Shown here: piece by piece, positions 58,188-64,000 of the stretch
How the letters are laid out: each line of letters begins with the position of its first letter
Numbering within the stretch: position 1 is the first letter of the stretch
NCBI GenBank assembly: GCA_965208575.1
Contig: CBDBOV010000001.1
Span: forward strand, 416,001 to 480,000
Source: Spirochaetia bacterium
GTDB lineage: Bacteria > Spirochaetota > Spirochaetia > SZUA-6 > Bin103
Direction of reading: 5' to 3'
DNA length: 64,000 nt
The notes under the pieces: generated by a model
The model's input: the letters and a program-made list of their open reading frames with translations, nothing else
What the model was told of the DNA's origin: nothing
Database searches by the model: none
Program-made: the position numbers and the translations under genes

Positions 58188-59033
58188 TTACCCGCCGCCC
58201 GCGGCCTCGGCGTCGCGGGCGATGCGGCTCAGGATGCCCTTGACGATGATGTCGAGTTGCCCGTTCCGGGAGTAGTCGGCGGGCGCAACGAAGTCGACGC
58301 GACGGTCGGCGATCAGGCGGTGGATCTTGTCCAGGTGCTCGGGGCTGGTGCGCGGGTCGTACACGGCGATGGCGCAGCCGCCCTTGTAGGTGACCATCTT
58401 CATTGCCGGCACGTCGGTGTCGCCGTCACCGATGAAGATGATGCGGCCGAAGGGAACGGCGCGAGCCTCCTTGGCCATGTAACGGTTCATCGCCGCGCTG
58501 TCCCAGTGATTGTCGATGCCGCGGTTGATTCGAAACAGGTACTGCGTCTTGGTGGTGTAGTTGATCGCCACGCCGGGCCAGATCGCCTCGTTGTGTTCGT
58601 TGTAGATAAACTTGGAGGCGAACACGTCGTGAAACTGGTCCACGATTGCGCAGCCGCGGATCATCTCCTCCACCCCCGACGAAAGTATATAGTGCTCCAG
58701 CGCCAGGCCGCAGTCGGCGGCGTGCGCGTTGATGCGCCGGAACCATGACCTGTCGGCCAAGCCCGGAAACAGTTCCACCGTGGCGCCGTGCGCGCGCAGC
58801 GCTTGCCGGGTGATCGGGATGCCCCGTTCGGTCGACTTCTCCAGCATGAGGCGCATGTAAGCCAGGATCTGGTCGGCGTCCTCGACCTGGGCGCGCATAT
58901 TGGACTCCCGCCAGAACGCCTCGTTGGACATCCCGAGTGCGGAGATGAAGCCGTGCTCCTGCAGGTTGCCGGGGGCGAGGGTGCCGTCGAAGTCGTAGAT
59001 CAGCGCCGTGCGCTGCAGTTCGGCGCGGTTCAC
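58188..59033 (-). CDS. HAD-superfamily hydrolase
   Basis: IYDFDGTL (DxD), LSSG, KTQYLFRI, FIGDGDTDVP. Confidence 0.88.
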   Translation of the reverse strand: MNRAELQRTALIYDFDGTLAPGNLQEHGFISALGMSNEAFWRESNMRAQVEDADQILAYMRLMLEKSTERGIPITRQALRAHGATVELFPGLADRSWFRRINAHAADCGLALEHYILSSGVEEMIRGCAIVDQFHDVFASKFIYNEHNEAIWPGVAINYTTKTQYLFRINRGIDNHWDSAAMNRYMAKEARAVPFGRIIFIGDGDTDVPAMKMVTYKGGCAIAVYDPRTSPEHLDKIHRLIADRRVDFVAPADYSRNGQLDIIVKGILSRIARDAEAAGGG

Positions 59034-60796
59034 GGCGCCGATCCGGTAAGTGCGGTCGCGTGTGCGATGCCCGTGCCGCGGCCGCGGCCCTGGTGGTTGC
59101 CGGCGTCACGGAGCGGCGGTGCCTCCGGCTCCCGGGTGATCACGATGCGGGTGCCGGCGGCCGGTGCGGCGAACGCGACCTGTTCGCCATCCGGCCACAG
59201 CACGGTAAGCGTGCCGCCCGGCAGGTGGCCGCCGCCGAGCCCGAAGTGGGCCTCCGGTGGGTCGCCGGACAGGTAGCCGCTGCCGCTGCGCAGTTCGCGT
59301 GTCTGCACGCCCTGCCTGCTTTCCAGGTGCAGCCGCGCGCCCACGGCGAACGGGTTGGCCGACCCCGGCCAGCGCAGCGCCACCTGCGCGCTTCGGCCGC
59401 CGCACAGCCGGTTCTCGTACAGCACCGCCGGCGCGCCGATGTTGTTGATCACGATGTCCAGGTCGCCGTCGCGGTCGAAGTCCGCCATGCTCATGCCGCG
59501 ACCGCCGGCGGTGTCGCCCAGCCCCCACTCCGGCGCCGCCGTGAAGTGGCCGCTGCCATCGTTGCGGAACGCCAGGTTCTCCTCCACCAGCTCGTTGCCC
59601 GGTAGGTGGCCGAACATGTCGGCGGCAATCATGCCGTTGACCACGTACAGGTCGGCGAAGCCGTCGTTGTCCAGGTCGCCGAACTTGGCCGACCAGCTCC
59701 AGCCGGTGGCATCCACGCCGCGCGCCGCCGCCTCGTTCGCGAAGCGGAGCTGGCCGCCGCCCGGCTCGCCGGCCGCCGTGCGGCGCAGCAGAACATTCTC
59801 GTTGATCTGCCGCGAACCGCGCCGCGGCTTCTCGTAGTAACGGTACACCGGCTCCCAGGCTGTTTCGGTAGCCGCGTCCGGGCGAAACGGCTTCATGTCG
59901 GCGGCGAACAGCTCCTCGCTGCCGTCGTTGTCCAGGTCGGCGATGTCGAAGCTCATGGTGTTGCGCGCCGTGGCCGCGAACGGTTCCGACAACTCCCAGC
60001 CGTCGCCGCGGCGCAGGTACACGTAGTCCTCGCGGTCGAAGTCGTTGCCGACCAGGATGTCTGCCAGCCCGTCGCCGTCCAGGTCGGTGAACAGCAGCGC
60101 CAGCGCCTCGGCGGTGTTGACCAGCGAGCGCGGTTCCAGCCTCCCCGCGGCCCGCTCGTAGTAGACCACGCCGCTGCCGAACAGCACGTTGCCCATCTCC
60201 TCCACCATCTCCGCGTCGTAGGTGGCCGACGCGATGTCCAGGTCGCCGTCGCGGTCGGCGTCGGCCCACGCCATGGTCATGGCAGGATACCACGCCCCGA
60301 AGCGGTCCGCGGGCGCAAAGTTGGCGGCGCCGTCGCCCAGCCACAGTTGCGGCGGCGTGTGCGGGCGGGTGAACACGAGGTCGAGCGCGCCGTCGGCGTT
60401 CTCGTCCACCAGGAACACCGCGCGCGTGCGCGAGTTGGCGATTGTCGCCGTCTCGAACACCGGTCCGCCACCGGCCCACGGCGCGCCGGCGTTGATCAGT
60501 ACCGTGCCGGGCCCCACCAGGTTGGCGAATGCGATGTCCAGGTCGCCGTCGCCGTCGACGTCGCCCACCGCCACCCCCGAGCCGATGCCGGCGAACGGGC
60601 TTCCGGACTCGGCGTCGAAGGGCGATGCGTGCGGCAACTCATGGCGCACGAACCGTGCCGTGCCGACGCAGACCGGCTCGGCAAATCGGGTGACGGCGAA
60701 GCGGTAGCCGGGCGGCGGCGAACTCTGAGCGGCGGCGTCGCCCGCGAACAGCGCCGTCGCCAGGAGCGTCGCGGTCACCAGCGCTGTCGGCGCCAC
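59030..60796 (-). CDS. CRTAC1-like secreted protein (FG-GAP repeats + ASPIC/UnbV domain)
   Basis: Several DxDGDGDLD repeats, GWSWSAKFGDLDNDG, C-terminal GSGYLSG...HFGLG...WPDG; signal peptide from GTG 60796 (alternative 60859). Confidence 0.88.
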   Translation of the reverse strand: MAPTALVTATLLATALFAGDAAAQSSPPPGYRFAVTRFAEPVCVGTARFVRHELPHASPFDAESGSPFAGIGSGVAVGDVDGDGDLDIAFANLVGPGTVLINAGAPWAGGGPVFETATIANSRTRAVFLVDENADGALDLVFTRPHTPPQLWLGDGAANFAPADRFGAWYPAMTMAWADADRDGDLDIASATYDAEMVEEMGNVLFGSGVVYYERAAGRLEPRSLVNTAEALALLFTDLDGDGLADILVGNDFDREDYVYLRRGDGWELSEPFAATARNTMSFDIADLDNDGSEELFAADMKPFRPDAATETAWEPVYRYYEKPRRGSRQINENVLLRRTAAGEPGGGQLRFANEAAARGVDATGWSWSAKFGDLDNDGFADLYVVNGMIAADMFGHLPGNELVEENLAFRNDGSGHFTAAPEWGLGDTAGGRGMSMADFDRDGDLDIVINNIGAPAVLYENRLCGGRSAQVALRWPGSANPFAVGARLHLESRQGVQTRELRSGSGYLSGDPPEAHFGLGGGHLPGGTLTVLWPDGEQVAFAAPAAGTRIVITREPEAPPLRDAGNHQGRGRGTGIAHATALTGSAP

Positions 60797-60814
60797 CCTG
60801 AAACTACCCCTCGT

Positions 60815-60874
60815 CAAGCTACTGCTTGCACTCTGACAAACTATTGTTTGTACCCCCACAAACTACTGTTTGTA
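60815..60874. repeat. Three 16-bp palindromic units at 22-bp period
   Basis: CAAGCTACTGCTTGCA (60815), CAAACTATTGTTTGTA (60837), CAAACTACTGTTTGTA (60859). Confidence 0.85.
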
Positions 60875-61993
60875 GGGGTCGGCGGCGTCGCGTAGGCCGT
60901 CGCCCACGAAGTTGAACGCCAGAACGGTCACGATCACCCACAACCCCGGTACCAGCAGCCACGGGTGCAGCGCCACCGTGCGCACGTTCTGCGCCTCCTT
61001 CAGCAGCACGCCCCAACTCACCACCGGCGGGCGCAGCCCCAGCCCCAGGAAGCTGAGCGCCGTCTCGCCCAGGATCATGCCCGGCACCGCCAGCGTCAGG
61101 TTGACGATCAGGTAGCTCATGAACGAGGGCAGCAGGTGGCGCACGATGGTCGCCCCCGGTCCGGTGCCGGCGATGGCGGCGGCCATCACGAAGTCCTCGG
61201 CGCGCAACTGCAGCAGCTTGCCGCGCACCACCCGTGCCAGGCCGCCCCAGCTCACGATCGACAGGATGATGGTGATGGCGAAGTAGATCTGCAGCGGGCT
61301 CCAGTTGCGCGGCATCGCGGCCGACAGCGCCATCCACAGCGGGATGGTGGGAATCGACTGCATGAACTCGATCAGCCGCTGCACCGCCATGTCGGCGCGC
61401 CCGCCGAAGAACCCGGAGATGCCGCCGAGCGAGCAGCCGATCACGAACGTCATCGCCACCCCGATCAGGCCGATGGAGAGCGAAGTGCGCGCCGCGTACA
61501 GGACGCGCGAGAACATGTCGCGGCCGAACTTGTCGGTACCGAGCAGGTACAGCGTGCCGTGCTCCACCCCGAACAGGTGCAGGTCGCTGCGGAACAGGTT
61601 CCACAGCCGGTACTCGTCGCCGCGCACAAACAGGCGCAGGTAACTCGGCCGCGAGGTCTCCAGGTGGTACACCTTGCGGAACTTCTCGCGGTCCATCTCC
61701 AGGCGCAGCGGGTAGACGAACGGGCGCGGCGAGAACCCCTGCTCGCTGACGAAGCGGATGCGCTGCGGCGGCGCGTAGATGTTGTCGGTGTCGCGCTTGG
61801 CGATGTCCCCGGTGGCGAAGAACTCGGCGAAGATCGACACGAAGTAGAGCACGGCGAGCACCACCAGGCCGGCCTGGGCCAGCTTGTGGCGCGCAAACTT
61901 GCGCCTGATGAGCTGCCATTGCGAGGCGAGAAAGTAACTCTCGTTGGCGGCGTCGTCACGGGCGGCAACGCCTGCCGGCAGCGCCTCGCTCAT
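60863..61993 (-). CDS. Peptide ABC transporter permease (DppC-type)
   Basis: ASQWQLIRRKF, LGTDKFGRDMFSR, ETALSFLGLG, FNFVGDGLRDAADPY. Confidence 0.93.
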   Translation of the reverse strand: MSEALPAGVAARDDAANESYFLASQWQLIRRKFARHKLAQAGLVVLAVLYFVSIFAEFFATGDIAKRDTDNIYAPPQRIRFVSEQGFSPRPFVYPLRLEMDREKFRKVYHLETSRPSYLRLFVRGDEYRLWNLFRSDLHLFGVEHGTLYLLGTDKFGRDMFSRVLYAARTSLSIGLIGVAMTFVIGCSLGGISGFFGGRADMAVQRLIEFMQSIPTIPLWMALSAAMPRNWSPLQIYFAITIILSIVSWGGLARVVRGKLLQLRAEDFVMAAAIAGTGPGATIVRHLLPSFMSYLIVNLTLAVPGMILGETALSFLGLGLRPPVVSWGVLLKEAQNVRTVALHPWLLVPGLWVIVTVLAFNFVGDGLRDAADPYKQ

Positions 61994-62988
61994 GCCGTCT
62001 GCTCCGCCTCGAAGCGGATGCGCGGGTCGATCCAGATCAGCAGCATGTCGGAGATGAAGGTGCCGATCACGGTCAGGATCGCGAGCACCATCACGATGCT
62101 GGAGGCGAGCTGCATGTCCTCGGCGGTGAGCGCGGTGAACAGCAGCGGCCCCACGGTCGGCAGGTTGAGGACGATGGCGGTGATGATGGTGCCGGACACG
62201 ATCTCCGGCAGCAGGCCGCCGACGGTGCTGACGATCGGGTTGACCGCGATGCGCACCGGGTACTTGAACAGGAGCTGGCCCTCCTCCACGCCCTTGGAAC
62301 GGGCGGTGATCACGTACTGCTTCTGCAGCTCGTCGAGCAGCGAGCTGCGCATCACCCGGATCAGGCCGGCGGTGCCGGCGGTGGCGACTACCAGGATCGC
62401 CACCGGCAGGTGCTTGAGCATATCGATCACCTTGGCGAAGCTCCACGGCGCATCCAGGTACTCGGAGGAGAACAGGCCGGTGATGCTGAAGTCGAGCACG
62501 CTGTAGGAGAACCACATCAGGATCAGGGCGAGCAGAAAGTTGGGAGTGGCCAGCCCGATGAATCCGAAAACGGTGGCGGTGTAGTCGCCCACCGAATACT
62601 GGTGGGTGGCGGAGTAGATGCCGATCGGAATCGCCATCGCGTAGGTGGCGGCCAGCGTGATCACTGCCAGCAGCACGGTGAGGCCGATCCGTTCTCCGAT
62701 CAGCTCGGTTACCGGCTTGTTCCACTGGTGGGACAGGCCCAGGTTGCCCTGGAGGAAGTTGGCGACCCACTTCAGGTACTGGATGTAGTCGGGCTGATCG
62801 AGGCCGTACAGCTTGCGCAGCCCCTCGAGCTGTGCCTCGCTCATCGTGGTGCCGGAAAGCTGAAGCTGCTGCAGGTGGAACGTGAGGTAGTCCCCTGGCG
62901 GCAGCTTGATGATCGCGAAGCCGACCACCGACACCGCCACCATGGTGAACACCATGTACAGTAGCCGCCGCCCGATGTACGAGGTCAT
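61990..62988 (-). CDS. Peptide ABC transporter permease (DppB-type)
   Basis: YIGRRLL, LPPGD, YGLDQP, TARSKG (EAA loop), DPRIR. Confidence 0.93.
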   Translation of the reverse strand: MTSYIGRRLLYMVFTMVAVSVVGFAIIKLPPGDYLTFHLQQLQLSGTTMSEAQLEGLRKLYGLDQPDYIQYLKWVANFLQGNLGLSHQWNKPVTELIGERIGLTVLLAVITLAATYAMAIPIGIYSATHQYSVGDYTATVFGFIGLATPNFLLALILMWFSYSVLDFSITGLFSSEYLDAPWSFAKVIDMLKHLPVAILVVATAGTAGLIRVMRSSLLDELQKQYVITARSKGVEEGQLLFKYPVRIAVNPIVSTVGGLLPEIVSGTIITAIVLNLPTVGPLLFTALTAEDMQLASSIVMVLAILTVIGTFISDMLLIWIDPRIRFEAEQTA

Positions 62989-63007
62989 GGCGCCCTTACC
63001 TTAGCCG

Positions 63008-63043
63008 AAAACGCATCGGCCCGCCATTCGGCGGGCCGATGCG
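63008..63043 (-). terminator. Stem-loop terminator/attenuator between the SBP and permease genes
   Basis: 14-bp perfect stem CGCATCGGCCCGCC-ATTC-GGCGGGCCGATGCG followed by TTTT on the minus strand. Confidence 0.75.
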
Positions 63044-63064
63044 AAGCGATTGGGCGGTCCAGTC

Positions 63065-63452
63065 CTATTGGCGGATGAACCACTGGTCGGGCTTGACGTC
63101 GCGCAGGAACTGCGTGTCGTCGCCGAACCAGCGCGCGTCGCGCGGGATGTTGCCCACGCGGTTGTGCACGATCACCGGCACCGGCGCGTAGCCCACCGTG
63201 CCGATAATCAGCACGTTCTCCGAAGCGAAGTCGAAGATCTGCTGCGCGATCCGGTCGCGTTCGGCGAGGTCAGTGGTGGAGTACCAGGTCTCCGCCAAGG
63301 CGTAGAATCGCTTGAACTCCTCGGGCGGCTCCTCGCCCCCCTCGCCGCCGGTCTGCACCCAGCGCCACCACTCGCGGGCGTAGTCGATCAGGCCGCCGGT
63401 GATGAACTTGTTGTTGCGCGAGAATCCCTTGCTCGGATTGGTGCGGCGCAGG
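63065..63452 (-). pseudogene. 3' part of a family-5 SBP gene interrupted by IS3
   Basis: LRRTNPSKGF...GEEPPEE...IIGTVG...GDDTQFLRDVKPDQWFIRQ, closely similar to the C-terminus of the 56105 SBP; similarity stops at the IS end. Confidence 0.88.
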
Positions 63453-63519
63453 TGAGCTGGTCCCGGAAAAACGGACGGTATGGTAGAGTGTATCCAAGGC
63501 CACGAGGAGGGCCAGCAAG

Positions 63520-63804
63520 ATGGCGACGAAGAGGCGTCGGTTCACAGCGGAGTTCAAGGCGAAGGTAGTGATGGAGGCGCTGCGGGGAGACCGTACGATC
63601 CAGGCGATCGCGGCCAAGCACGAAATACATCCGAACCAGATCAGCAGTTGGAAGCGGCAGGCTCAGACCGGTCTGCGGGACCTGTTCGCCGACGGCCGGA
63701 GCCGGCGGCAGAAGGAGCACGATGAGACCATTCACGACCTGCATGCCAAGATCGGGGAGTTGACCGTGGAGCGCGATTTTTTAGCACGCGGGCTCGGGCG
63801 CTGA
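63520..63804 (+). CDS. IS3 transposase OrfA
   Basis: RRRFTAEFKAKV, IAAKHEIHPNQISSWK (HTH), LHAKIGELTVERDFL. Confidence 0.92.
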   Translation: MATKRRRFTAEFKAKVVMEALRGDRTIQAIAAKHEIHPNQISSWKRQAQTGLRDLFADGRSRRQKEHDETIHDLHAKIGELTVERDFLARGLGR

Positions 63805-64000
63805 GCCGGGCCGAGCGACGAGAGATGATCGACCGCGAGCACGACCGTCTGAGCATCAGCCGGCAGTGCCGCCTGATCGGGCTGAACCGGTCGACGCTGT
63901 ACTACCGAGCGGTGGGCGAGAGCGCTGACACGCTCGCGTTGATGCGCCGCATCGACGAACTTTATCTGGAATGTCCGTTCTACGGCAGCCGGCAGATGAT
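63777..64000 (+). CDS. IS3 transposase OrfB (partial, reached by -1 frameshift)
   Basis: MIDREHDRLSISRQCRLIGLNRSTLYY...LMRRIDELYLECPFYGSRQM. Confidence 0.88.

Larger units (their letters stand above)
63453..64000 (+). mobile_element. IS3-family insertion sequence (left part)
   Basis: Begins TGAGCTGGTCCCGGAAAAACGGAC (5'-TG end); orfA/orfB arrangement with slippery T-TTT-TTA at 63777-63783. Confidence 0.9.

Noticed and set aside
60815-60874. Possible mini-CRISPR array
   Set aside because: 16-bp repeats with 6-bp spacers are far too short and no cas genes are present; kept as a palindromic repeat finding
1-64000. Many long overlapping or antisense ORFs in the track (e.g. 856-2502, 31248-32804, 34968-37571, 38004-40409, 51728-53695)
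   Set aside because: Shadow ORFs expected at high GC; Arg/Ala/Gly-rich, no motifs, and opposite well-supported genes

Overview
High-GC (~68-70% by eye) bacterial chromosomal window of about 55 genes. It has no rRNA, tRNA or CRISPR array that I can see. The content is mostly heterotrophic accessory metabolism: three family-5 (peptide/nickel) ABC importer gene sets, a GldA/F/G-DUF4340 ABC module with a parvulin PPIase, three Gfo/Idh/MocA oxidoreductases, two PhyH dioxygenases, two sulfatases flanking a rhodanese, UxaE, ThuA, trpD, fabF, and an ECF sigma/zinc anti-sigma pair near TlpA-CcdA. The SBP N-termini ('AGGEEE') and expanded Uma2/Rpn-like, PhyH and sulfatase families resemble Spirochaetaceae-like sponge-symbiont genomes (inference only). 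Three IS elements are present: an IS1634-type element and an ISNCY/IS1182-like element (perfect 16-bp TIRs, CTAGAT target duplication) side by side, and an IS3 element that interrupts an SBP gene at the right edge. The most interesting unexplained items are (i) a foreign low-GC gene fusing a P-loop nucleotide kinase to a NUDIX hydrolase, a candidate nucleotide-pool/anti-phage effector; (ii) three AT-rich palindromes at 22-bp spacing, with a compensatory change, upstream of a CRTAC1/ASPIC gene; (iii) an Rpn-like nuclease with a possible intragenic small protein; and (iv) a 45-50 kb mosaic of short defence/TA gene remnants between intact genes.
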